DNA from: an uncultured delta proteobacterium
Lineage (GTDB): Bacteria; Desulfobacterota; RBG-13-43-22
Direction: 5' to 3'
Length of the DNA stretch: 64,000 nucleotides
Assembly: GCA_963821645.1 (NCBI GenBank)
Contig: CAWGEQ010000051.1
Location: forward strand, 17,282-81,281
Part shown: positions 1 through 8,175 of the stretch, in pieces
Layout of the letters: each line of letters begins with the position of its first letter
Position numbering within the stretch: position 1 is the stretch's first letter
Notes under the pieces: generated by a model
Told to the model about the DNA's origin: nothing
Databases searched by the model: none
Seen by the model: only the letters and a program-made list of their open reading frames with translations
Made by a program: the position numbers and the translations under genes

Positions 1-747
1 CTTTGTCTCGGAGATCAAATCGGCAAACAGAGAATCAAACAAATGATGACAAACGGTTTGCTGCTTGTATCGCCCGGCTATTCCCTCATCCGGTAAAACC
101 GGTTCGGATTTTTCATAGAAATCCCAATCGACGTATATACTCCATAGGGGAAGTCGATAATGCCGGTCGGCAGGGCAATTCTCGCCTTCCTTCGCAGAAA
201 ACGCATAATCGCATTCCGCAAAATTAGGATCTTGATTTTCAATACCGAAAAAAACCTTTCAGGTCCGACTGCGGTCAACGTGACTATGATCAAAGGAGTT
301 GGGGGGGAAAATAGAATAAAAAATCAGATCGGGATCTCCGCTTCGCGGATCGACGAGCATGACGTCGCATTTATAAGTCAACATCCACAGAAAATAGTTA
401 TTAGAGGTATCAAAACCAGGCCAGAAATTGCAAAATCCAACTCGAATCAGTGGTCTGAGAGGTCGATTATGGGGCACGTCCAGAAGTCCCCAGGCTTGCA
501 GATTGCCTAATGCCCTTGAGACATCCCCATCAATAACCGGGACTTGATCCGGATAGAGACGACTTAGCCGGTCTTTGATTTCCACGACACTCAACCGGCC
601 ATCGCAAAGCAACCAGATCAAGGCCGCCGTGGGACTTAAGGTATGCTTGGATTGGTTATGACTTGCCCATAAAATTAAATTTTCGCCGGACCATTGCATG
701 ACGAGACCCATCCTTCTAACAGGCCGCATGCTATCGAAAATATTCAT
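1..747 (-). pseudogene. PqqD-like (RRE-type) domain fused to a GT10 (alpha-1,3-fucosyltransferase-like) glycosyltransferase. It is interrupted by an in-frame TGA at 259-261, and the 3' end runs off the window.
   Basis: The minus-strand frame is open from 747 to position 1 except for one TGA at 259-261. The N-terminus (LILWASHNQSKHTLSPTAALIWLLCDGRLSVVEIKDRL...ALGNLQAWGLL) looks PqqD-like. It is followed by IRVGFCNFWPGFD, and after the TGA by KVFFGIENQDPNFAECDYAFS...ADRHYRLPLW, which are typical GT10 motifs. Confidence 0.55.
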
Positions 748-815
748 ATTTTATCCAAAGGACGATGGGAACAAGGACATGGAATTTTTAGACCTTTATC
801 TTGGCAAGGCCGTTA

Positions 816-1007
816 CTATGACTCCAGGAAACTTTCCGTCCTTGAACAGTCTTGTTTCAAATTTTTCAGTGCTTGAGCCTTCATTTCCATGTCCCTTTGA
901 TTGTGCTTGCAGGAACGGGTACAACCCTCGGGGCAAAAGCTGGAGCAATTTCTTAGATATCCGCGAGTCGGGGGGTGCTTATATTCTCCCTGGTCCATGA
1001 GATCCAT
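816..1007 (-). CDS. Hypothetical small Cys-rich protein (63 aa)
   Basis: The ORF has GAAGGA 5 nt upstream of its ATG. It contains CSSFCPEGCTRSC. It lies between the S/T/Y-rich peptide gene and the PqqD/GT10 gene on the same strand. I recognise no homology. Confidence 0.2.
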   Translation of the reverse strand: MDLMDQGEYKHPPTRGYLRNCSSFCPEGCTRSCKHNQRDMEMKAQALKNLKQDCSRTESFLES

Positions 1008-1157
1008 AAGGATCCTTCGCCACGAATGTCTTGGGGCCTGAGCTATAAGGATTAGGCCCCAAAAATGGCAGACAACAAAGAGATGGTTGTCAGATGCCCC
1101 AACACCCCGGCTTCATTTTATTTGTTTCGCCCTGGGGTGACATCGAAATCTTAATCT

Positions 1158-1469
1158 TCAGTCGTGGTTGGAGCTGGCGTAGTAGTCGGAGCTGCCGTAG
1201 TAGTTGGAGCTGCCTGTAGTTGGAGCTGTCGTAGTAGTTGGCCCGCTCGTTTGGGCGTGTGCCGGAACAATAATCGAGTTCACCACGGGTGCAGCCCATT
1301 TACTCGGGATGATATGGGCGCCTGCGATCACTCCACCTGCGACCAAAATTTTGCCCAAGGCCTTCCGGCGCGTTTTGAGAAGTTCCTGTTCCTGATCAGG
1401 ATTGGTATCTTCTGAAATAGATTTCTGCTCAACCGTCAGCCGTTTCTCTCTGTCGTTGGAACCCATCAT
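1158..1469 (-). CDS. Small exported protein with a twin-arginine-type signal and a Ser/Thr/Tyr/Gly-rich C-terminal tail
   Basis: KTRRKALGKILVAGGVIAGA resembles a Tat signal. It is followed by PSKWAAPVVNSIIVPAHAQ, which contains an AxA-type cleavage site, and then TSGPTTTTAPTTGSSNYYGSSDYYASSNHD. Confidence 0.5.
   Translation of the reverse strand: MMGSNDREKRLTVEQKSISEDTNPDQEQELLKTRRKALGKILVAGGVIAGAHIIPSKWAAPVVNSIIVPAHAQTSGPTTTTAPTTGSSNYYGSSDYYASSNHD
1170..1240. repeat. Imperfect ~18-nt tandem repeat, 4 copies (GGAGCTGCCGTAGTAGTT-like)
   Basis: Read directly from the sequence. It encodes the SSNYYGSSDYYASS/TTTT tail of the 1158-1469 ORF. Confidence 0.7.
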
Positions 1470-1583
1470 TTAATTTCTCCTTTCTCGTCCCTTAATTATT
1501 TTCCTCATTACCCGTAGGAATAATATATCGGAAAAACCTGGTAATCTCAAATATATTATAAAATTAATTGAAGGGGGATCTGA

Positions 1584-1651
1584 ATCATATTAAATGTTAC
1601 CGAAGGGGTTAAAATAAAGGGATCGATAACTCATAATTGATGTTACCGAGG
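1584..1651. repeat. IS left end carrying outer (1584-1605) and inner (1629-1651) inverted-repeat copies
   Basis: The outer repeat is ATCATATTAAATGTTACCGAAG and the inner is ACTCATAATTGATGTTACCGAGG. Both share an ATGTTACCGA core. Confidence 0.75.
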
Positions 1652-1679
1652 AAATTTTCTCGGTAGGAGGTAAAAAATT

Positions 1680-2852
1680 ATGAGTCCCCAATCCAAAAAA
1701 GAATACCGGGTAGCCATTGTTAAACGATATAAACAGGGCACCAAAGCCCAGAAGAGTCTCATCCTGGATGAATTCTGCGCGGCTATCGGTTATCATCGAA
1801 AGCACGCCATTCGCCTGCTCAGGGGCTTTAAACGGTTCACCAAGCCCCAGCCTAAACCCCGGGGTCCCCGACCCGTCTACGACTCTCCAGAGCTCTTAAA
1901 AGCCCTAAAAAAAATTTGGCTGGCCGCCAATCAGCCCTGTTCCCCCAGGTTAAAAGCCTCTTTGCCTTTATGGCTGCCCAGTTACGGTCCCACCTTCGGA
2001 GAACTATCACCGCAGGTTCTAACAAACCTGGGAAAAATCTCTGCCCCCACTATAGGGCGGTTGCTGAAACCCGTTCGCAGCCAATATAAAAAACGAGGCC
2101 GGGCCACTACCAAACCCGGCACTCTTCTGCGAAAACAAATCCCCCTGAAAACCAACCAGTGGGATGAATCCCGACCAGGCTTTTTGGAAGCTGACACCGT
2201 GGCCCATTGTGGAGACTCGATGGCTGGCATGTTTGCCTTTACCGTAGATGGCGTCGATATCGCCACCGGGTGGACCGAACAACGGGCGGTCTGGGGAAAA
2301 GGCGAAACAGGCGTTTTGGAACAAATCCATCATATCGAACAATCTCTGCCTTTCCCTTTACTCGGCTTCGATTCCGATAATGGCTCCGAATTCTTAAACT
2401 ACCACCTCCTGAGACACTTCACCGAAAGAAAAAAGCCCATCCAATTCACCCGTAGCCGCGCCTATCATAAAGACGATAATGCCCACGTCGAACAAAAAAA
2501 CTGGACCCATGTCCGCCAGTGGTTGGGATATGACCGCTTGGACAACCCCCAGGTCGTTCCCCTCCTAAACGACCTCTATACCCAGGAATGGCGTTTGTTC
2601 CATAATTTCTTCTTGCCCTCGGTTAAACTGTTGGCCAAAGATAGAATTGCTTCTAAAACGATCCGGCGCTATGATCCTCCTAAAACGCCCTACCAGCGGG
2701 TCATGGAATCCCCCTTGGTAACGCCGGCGACTAAAAAGGAACTCACGGCACAGTTCTCTACCTTGAACCCCTTCAGGTTGAGAGCAGCTATTGAGATAAA
2801 ACTTAAAAAAATTTTCCAAACTCAATCGCAAAATGGCAAGGTTAATCCCTGA
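1680..2852 (+). CDS. DDE (rve/integrase-core) transposase with an N-terminal HTH
   Basis: DTVAHCGD...GFDSDNGSEFLN...YHKDDNAHVEQKNW gives a D, D, E catalytic pattern. There is an AGGAGG SD upstream. The architecture resembles ISNCY/IS481-type, but I cannot fix the family by eye. Confidence 0.85.
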   Translation: MSPQSKKEYRVAIVKRYKQGTKAQKSLILDEFCAAIGYHRKHAIRLLRGFKRFTKPQPKPRGPRPVYDSPELLKALKKIWLAANQPCSPRLKASLPLWLPSYGPTFGELSPQVLTNLGKISAPTIGRLLKPVRSQYKKRGRATTKPGTLLRKQIPLKTNQWDESRPGFLEADTVAHCGDSMAGMFAFTVDGVDIATGWTEQRAVWGKGETGVLEQIHHIEQSLPFPLLGFDSDNGSEFLNYHLLRHFTERKKPIQFTRSRAYHKDDNAHVEQKNWTHVRQWLGYDRLDNPQVVPLLNDLYTQEWRLFHNFFLPSVKLLAKDRIASKTIRRYDPPKTPYQRVMESPLVTPATKKELTAQFSTLNPFRLRAAIEIKLKKIFQTQSQNGKVNP

Positions 2853-2855
2853 ACC

Positions 2856-2924
2856 CCTCGGTAACATCAATTATGAGTCAATGATCTCCTCCCTCACTCC
2901 CTCTTGGTAACATTTAATTATGAT
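2856..2924. repeat. IS right end carrying inner (2856-2878) and outer (2903-2924) inverted-repeat copies
   Basis: 2856-2878 is the exact reverse complement of 1629-1651 (23/23). 2903-2924 matches 1584-1605 with one indel and one mismatch. Confidence 0.75.
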
Positions 2925-3182
2925 TAAACTAGGGGGATCTGATCCCTGTAAAGAAAGAACTGCGGCGACTCCGCATTTAAATCATAAGTCCGGTTCCTTG
3001 GCACTGGTTTGTTATTTTAATAATTTTATTCAATGGATTATTTTTTTATGTGAAAACTCATTTTTGACCTTCGCCCTTCATAAAAAGGAATTCGAATATC
3101 AGGGGCGTGCAGGTTCCTTATGATGGGTTTTTGGGACAATCAAAACCTTTTCAAGTAAAAGTTCCAATAGAAATATTCCGCA

Positions 3183-3896
3183 TTAATACCTGTGCCTCAG
3201 CCGCCTTTTACACAAGTTGAGCAAAAGAAAGGTTCGCCAACTGATCTTTTGGGAAAGGACGAAACCTTGCAGACTTCGGTTTTCCTGATGTTTGCGGTAT
3301 TTAATCGTTTTTTCCGGGACAAATTCAACGACGCCGAAGAGTTCCGACAGGAGACCAAGCCAGGAATCATGCATGGGGATCTTTTTAGGAAAAGGGAGGG
3401 CGATGTCGAGCAGTTCACGGGAAAAAGCCAGGCAGCAGCCCATATAGGTGTTGTGTTTAAGATTCTTCAATAAGCCTTTGCCTGAGGCAATCATGTCGAA
3501 GATCGATTCCTGGATCACGGTGCCGGTCTCATCAATGACAGAGCCGTCCAAGACAAGGGTATATATTTTTGAAGGCTTATTTTGAAAACAATCCCTGATG
3601 ACAGCCAGCTTATTTTCCAGCCAGACATCATCCTGATCGGACAGGGCGATCGCCTCGCCGGTGGCCTGTTTCAAGGCGTTTTCAAAGTTGAAGATCGGGT
3701 TATAGAACTTATTGTCGGGAAAAATCCTAATCCGGGTGTCATGAAAGCCTTTAATGACAGCCAGGGTCCCATCTGTTGACGAATCGTCCGAAATGATCAG
3801 CTCATCCGTTTCGCCCAACTGCCTAAGAATGGATTCAAGCTGTTCGGCAATGTACTTCTCACCGTTAAAAGAGGCCAGGCAGACGCTTATTTTCAT
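3183..3896 (-). CDS. Family 2 glycosyltransferase
   Basis: MKISVCLASFNGEKYIAEQLESIL...LIISDDSSTDGT...LSDQDDVW is the GT2 (GT-A, DxD) signature. Confidence 0.85.
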   Translation of the reverse strand: MKISVCLASFNGEKYIAEQLESILRQLGETDELIISDDSSTDGTLAVIKGFHDTRIRIFPDNKFYNPIFNFENALKQATGEAIALSDQDDVWLENKLAVIRDCFQNKPSKIYTLVLDGSVIDETGTVIQESIFDMIASGKGLLKNLKHNTYMGCCLAFSRELLDIALPFPKKIPMHDSWLGLLSELFGVVEFVPEKTIKYRKHQENRSLQGFVLSQKISWRTFLLLNLCKRRLRHRY

Positions 3897-4084
3897 GGCT
3901 CCGGCCTCAAATCTTTTCTATAAAAGATTGCCGGAAAAAATCCGGTCATTGATTTCTGGTAAAACCTCATACCCAATTGGGGCACCACGTATCATGAAAC
4001 CGGGATCCAAGGATTCAAGTGAAAGGTATTGAGTTTAAATACCCTCGAAACCTGGAATCCTCGAACCCTATTTTCGTGGTAAGA

Positions 4085-4543
4085 TTATTTGATCTCCGGC
4101 CCTTTCAGCCAATCATAACCGATCACCGGATCATTATAGGCAATTCGCCCCTCATCGGAGGGATCATACACCCTGGAGGTAATATAAAACAAATGGGCCG
4201 GTCCGCTGAGGCATTTACAGCCATGGGCCACTCCGGGCGGGATGCGCAGCACGCTGGCCGGTTGATTTTCGCCCATCATGATCTCCATAGTTTCTCGATA
4301 GGTGGACGAGTTCGGCCGCGTATCATGTAAGGCCACTTTTAACACCCCGACGCCCACATACCACCAGTCAATCTGTACCTGGTGGATATGCCAGGCCTTG
4401 ACAACGCCCTGGTACATCAGCGAATGGCTCCACTGGCCGAATCCTTCGGCAAAAAAATCATCGGTCAGGCGGATGATCTCGCGGAAGAAGCCCCGCTCGT
4501 CCACATGAGTCACCAAGTTTTGGAGAATGACACCGTCGATCAT
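4085..4543 (-). CDS. dTDP-4-dehydrorhamnose 3,5-epimerase-like cupin (short RmlC-related sugar epimerase)
   Basis: DERGFFREI, AWHIHQ.Q.DWWYV and IPPGVAHG motifs in a 152-aa protein. Confidence 0.7.
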   Translation of the reverse strand: MIDGVILQNLVTHVDERGFFREIIRLTDDFFAEGFGQWSHSLMYQGVVKAWHIHQVQIDWWYVGVGVLKVALHDTRPNSSTYRETMEIMMGENQPASVLRIPPGVAHGCKCLSGPAHLFYITSRVYDPSDEGRIAYNDPVIGYDWLKGPEIK

Positions 4544-4696
4544 AAGCTTTCCTTCGAAACATAATCAAATGATTCAAAAAATTTAGAGGGAAAAGACTTA
4601 AATGTCAAATAATATTTCCTTTTTAAAATATTGCTTGAAAATCATCTTCATAATCCCTATCATTAAAGTACACTTTTTAGAATACAAGGATTCTTT

Positions 4697-5611
4697 ATGG
4701 ATAGACGCAACTTTCTAAAACAGGTCGCTTTGTGGTCTGCCGGTCTGACCCTGTCGCCACCCTTATTCCGCTTGATTCCGGAACTGAATGCCCAAACCAG
4801 GCCATCGCTCGTCGCCGTAACCGAGGGGGCCGACTATGGGGCCTTAGTCTCCAAGGTCCTCGGCCCTTTGGGAGGCATTCAGACCTTTGTTAAAAAAGGC
4901 CAGAAGGTGGTTGTTAAACCCAACATCGGCTGGGACCGCACCCCGGAACAGGGTGCCGATACCCATCCGGAGGTGGTCAAGGCCTTAGTTCGGCTGGCCC
5001 TGGAAGCCGGGGCCTCGCAGGTGCTGGTCTTTGACCGGCCCTGCAATGAAGAGCGGCGCTGTTATAACAACAGCGGAATCAAAAGGGCCGTAGAATCCCT
5101 TGGAGACCGGCGGGTTCTTTGTCCCTATATGGATAATCGAAAATTTATACCGGTTCGAATCGCCAAAGGAAAATCCGTCAGCGAATGGGAGTTTTATAAG
5201 GAGGCCCTGGAGGCCGATTGCTATATCAATGTGCCGGTGGCCAAACACCATTCTTCCGCGGGGTTAAGCCTGGGCTTGAAAAACATCATGGGCATACTCG
5301 GCGGATACCGGGGGAAGATCCATTTCTCTTTAGGGCAGCGTATTGCTGATTTGAACACGGTCTTAAAGCCCCACCTGACCGTCATGGATGCTACCCGGAT
5401 CCTGCTCCGGAACGGCCCTCAGGGGGGAGACCTGAAAGACGTCAAGGTCTTAAATACCCTGATGGCCTCCACCGATATTGTGGCGGTTGATGCCTATGCC
5501 ACCACTACCCTCTTTCACCTGAAGCCGGAGGAAATCGAATCCACCCAGGCGGCCTATCAATTGGGTTTGGGGGAGATAGACCTGAAGAAAATCAAAGTGG
5601 TCAAGGTCTGA
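4697..5611 (+). CDS. Tat-signal DUF362 domain protein
   Basis: MDRRNFLKQVALWSAGLTL is a twin-arginine signal. KVVVKPNIGWDRTPEQGADTHPEVVKALV is the DUF362 core. Confidence 0.8.
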   Translation: MDRRNFLKQVALWSAGLTLSPPLFRLIPELNAQTRPSLVAVTEGADYGALVSKVLGPLGGIQTFVKKGQKVVVKPNIGWDRTPEQGADTHPEVVKALVRLALEAGASQVLVFDRPCNEERRCYNNSGIKRAVESLGDRRVLCPYMDNRKFIPVRIAKGKSVSEWEFYKEALEADCYINVPVAKHHSSAGLSLGLKNIMGILGGYRGKIHFSLGQRIADLNTVLKPHLTVMDATRILLRNGPQGGDLKDVKVLNTLMASTDIVAVDAYATTTLFHLKPEEIESTQAAYQLGLGEIDLKKIKVVKV

Positions 5612-5622
5612 TTAAAATGATC

Positions 5623-5657
5623 GTTCAAAGTTCAAAGTTCGGAGTTCGGAGTTAGAA
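5623..5657. repeat. Heptamer array: GTTCAAA GTTCAAA GTTCGGA GTTCGGA GTTAGAA
   Basis: Five consecutive 7-nt units immediately 3' of the DUF362 gene, read directly. Confidence 0.8.
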
Positions 5658-5726
5658 AAATCTTTCTGAAAGAAAGCCGGTTATATTGAAGCTCCCTGCA
5701 CAACAAAAAAAGTGAACAGGTATTGA

Positions 5727-7271
5727 ATGCCCAAGAATAAAACATTCCCTCTCCTCTACTGGAGGCGTATCTCCCAAACCCTTTTTCTACTTTTGTTTCT
5801 GGTCCTCTTCCGCCTGACCGACTATAAAGGGGTGGACCAGATCCCTTATGCCGTCAATATCTTTTTCCGCCTCGACCCCCTGGTGGCCGCTGCGGCCATG
5901 CTGGCCGCCAGGGCCGTGATCTCCCTGCTCCTTCTGTCCCTGATCGTCATCGGCCTGACCTTTATTCTGGGGCGTTTTTTCTGCGGCTGGTTTTGTCCTC
6001 TCGGTACTCTGTTGGACCTATCTCATTCGGTTGTTTTTCCCCCCAAAAAAAGAACACCGAACGTCCATCGCCGATCCTGGAAATATCTTCTCTTGGGGTT
6101 TGTTCTCGTGGCCGCCCTTTTCGGTCTCCCGACGGTCGGCTACTTTGATCCCTTTTCTCTCCTGGTACGAGGAATGGCCGTATCCATAGACCCTTTTTTT
6201 AATTTTACCCTTGTTTCCCTTTTTGATTCTTTATATCGCCTCGGTCCAGCCTGGTTATCCTCTGTCAGCGAATCGATCTATTCCTTTTTCAAGAATACCC
6301 TCTTAGCTTACAATCAAAAAGTTTTCACCCTGAGCCTATTATCCCTTTTTATCCTTTTATCGATTTTTGCCCTGGAACGCCTTGAAAGGCGCTTCTGGTG
6401 CAAAAATCTTTGTCCCTTGGGAGGACTCCTGTCCTTAATATCCAGATTTTCCTGGCTTCGGGGTCACGTTCAGAGTTCGTGCCGGGAGTGTGGGGTCTGC
6501 ACCAAAATATGCCGCATGGAGGCCATAGATCGGGACGGCGGTATCGCCGCCGGAGACTGCAACCTTTGCTTGGATTGTTTGGACCGCTGTCCGGACAAGT
6601 CCATTTCTTTTGTTTTTAATAAACCGAAGCAAAGACAAGCACCACTGGGCGTGTCCCGCAGGGCCTTTATAGGAACGCTTTCGACAGGACTTATCCTTCC
6701 AACCTTTTTGAACGTCCGGGCTGAAACCAAAATCCCGAATCCAACCCTGATCCGTCCCCCAGGGGCCCTTAAAGAAACTGAGTTTCTGGATCGATGTGTG
6801 CGCTGCGGCGAATGCATGAAAGTATGTATCAACAATGCCCTTCAGCCCTGCTGGCTGGAGGGTGGCCTGGAAGGCCTATTTTCTCCCCGTCTTTTTCCCC
6901 GCTTGGGTTATTGCGAGTTTAATTGTACCCTTTGCGGTCAGGTCTGCCCGACCGGGGCCATCCAAAAACTCCCTTTAATGGAAAAACAAAAAACCGTTAT
7001 CGGCGTCGCCTATTTCGATAAAAATCGATGCCTCCCTTATGCCAAGGGGACTCCCTGCATCGTCTGCGAAGAACATTGTCCCACGCCGGAAAAGGCCATT
7101 AAGTTCCGGGAGACTGCCGTGATTAATCCCCAGGGAAAAACGGTGACCATAAAACAACCCTATCTTCTTGAATCGTTATGTATCGGCTGCGGCATTTGTG
7201 AAAACAAATGTCCTTTAGAAGGGAAAGCCGGGGTATTGGTGATCAATAATCGCGAAGGGAAAAGGGCTTAA
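5727..7271 (+). CDS. Membrane polyferredoxin: a NapH/MauN-like N-terminal half fused to a NapG-like 4x[4Fe-4S] half
   Basis: FCGWFCPLG and FWCKNLCPLG are NapH-type CxxxCP motifs. There are several TM segments and six CxxCxxCxxxCP-type clusters. An internal SRRAFIGTLSTGLIL twin-arginine-like segment sits at about residue 310. Confidence 0.75.
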   Translation: MPKNKTFPLLYWRRISQTLFLLLFLVLFRLTDYKGVDQIPYAVNIFFRLDPLVAAAAMLAARAVISLLLLSLIVIGLTFILGRFFCGWFCPLGTLLDLSHSVVFPPKKRTPNVHRRSWKYLLLGFVLVAALFGLPTVGYFDPFSLLVRGMAVSIDPFFNFTLVSLFDSLYRLGPAWLSSVSESIYSFFKNTLLAYNQKVFTLSLLSLFILLSIFALERLERRFWCKNLCPLGGLLSLISRFSWLRGHVQSSCRECGVCTKICRMEAIDRDGGIAAGDCNLCLDCLDRCPDKSISFVFNKPKQRQAPLGVSRRAFIGTLSTGLILPTFLNVRAETKIPNPTLIRPPGALKETEFLDRCVRCGECMKVCINNALQPCWLEGGLEGLFSPRLFPRLGYCEFNCTLCGQVCPTGAIQKLPLMEKQKTVIGVAYFDKNRCLPYAKGTPCIVCEEHCPTPEKAIKFRETAVINPQGKTVTIKQPYLLESLCIGCGICENKCPLEGKAGVLVINNREGKRA

Positions 7272-7327
7272 TTGGCCACTGGATAGGCGGCTTGAAATGA
7301 TGAACGGGTCTGAAAGTCTGATCCCGG

Positions 7328-8002
7328 TTATAGTGTGTTTACTCTCAATTTCGCATCTGAAGGGCGAATATAGAGGGGGCGGAGTTCTTCCGCGGTGGAC
7401 TGAAAGCCTTGCTGAAATCGGGACCGAGCCAGTGCCCCCAGGACGGTTGGAGAAATAAGATGCAGATGGGGTTCGGGGAACAAGGCCTTTGAACCAAGGG
7501 CCTCCTTAAAAAAACCCTGATAAAGCCTGGCCCCATTGCCCACCAGAAGGACCGGCTCTTTGATTTCTTGAACCAGATTCTGGGGTTTCGTATTTCTGGG
7601 TTCCCCGGCTGGAATTATTTTCCCTTCGGAATCTGTCCGGAAATAAGCACAAAAAACCTCTTTCTTTCTGGCGTCGATAACGGGACAAATCAGGTAAGGA
7701 CAAAAGGTGAAGGAAGAGGCCAAGGCTTCCAGAGTGGAAATTCCGGCAACCGGTTTTTGGGTTGCCAAGGCCAGGCCTTTTACCGTGGCGATCCCGATGC
7801 GGAGACCAGTGAAACTTCCAGGGCCGACAGTCACGGCCCAGAGATCGACATCATGAAGGCCCCATCCTGCCTGTTCCAGAAGGAACAATAAAATCTTCCA
7901 TAACTGGTTGGCATGGGTCTTGGCCACCCGAACCTGGGCCTGGGCTTGAACCACTTCCCCTTCCAAAAGGGCCACCCCTGCGGTTTCGGTCGCCGTATCC
8001 AA
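7328..8002 (-). CDS. tsaB: tRNA t6A biosynthesis protein TsaB
   Basis: LDTATE...VTVGPGSFTGLRIGIATVKGLA. The start codon is TTG. Confidence 0.8.
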   Translation of the reverse strand: MDTATETAGVALLEGEVVQAQAQVRVAKTHANQLWKILLFLLEQAGWGLHDVDLWAVTVGPGSFTGLRIGIATVKGLALATQKPVAGISTLEALASSFTFCPYLICPVIDARKKEVFCAYFRTDSEGKIIPAGEPRNTKPQNLVQEIKEPVLLVGNGARLYQGFFKEALGSKALFPEPHLHLISPTVLGALARSRFQQGFQSTAEELRPLYIRPSDAKLRVNTL

Positions 8003-8098
8003 GGTCAGTATCTTCAGGTTTTTCCCCTTTTTCGGTTAATTAAAATTTTTCTAAAGTTCCGGAATCTGAGAGTCTAAAGAATCGGCATAGGGCCTTGA

Positions 8099-8170
8099 GT
8101 GTTAGGTATGAGGTATAAGGTTTTTCCTTTGAAGCCTGCACCTTATACCTTGAACCTTACACCTTACGCC
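8099..8170. repeat. Heptamer-periodic imperfect hairpin (AAGGT/ACCTT type)
   Basis: The left arm is GTGTTAG GTATGAG GTATAAG. The right arm is CTGCACC TTATACC TTGAACC TTACACC TTACGCC. It lies between rseP and tsaB. Confidence 0.8.
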
Positions 8171-8175
8171 CGTTT

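Larger units (their letters stand above)
1572..2942 (+). mobile_element. Complete single-ORF IS element (~1.35 kb) flanked by a 12-bp direct repeat, AGGGGGATCTGA
   Basis: A DDE transposase ORF is bracketed by two nested inverted-repeat pairs. AGGGGGATCTGA occurs at both 1572-1583 and 2931-2942. Confidence 0.75.

Noticed and set aside
259-261. TGA in the PqqD/GT10 gene as a second selenocysteine codon.
   Set aside because: The stop aligns by eye to a non-Cys, poorly conserved position of GT10 enzymes, and I saw no obvious downstream hairpin. It is treated as a nonsense change or base error.
1034-1061. Hairpin GGGGCCTGAGCTATAAGGATTAGGCCCC as a terminator of the small-peptide gene.
   Set aside because: On the relevant (minus) transcript the U-run precedes rather than follows the stem, so it does not fit an intrinsic terminator.
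1164-1415. Plus-strand ORFs 1164-1415 and 1204-1395 (Val/Gly/Ala-rich).
   Set aside because: They are antisense shadows of the 18-nt tandem repeat in the 1158-1469 gene.
2989-3006. TTGGCACTGGTTTGTT as a sigma54 promoter.
   Set aside because: The -12 element is TTGT rather than TTGC, and no plus-strand gene follows for 1.7 kb.
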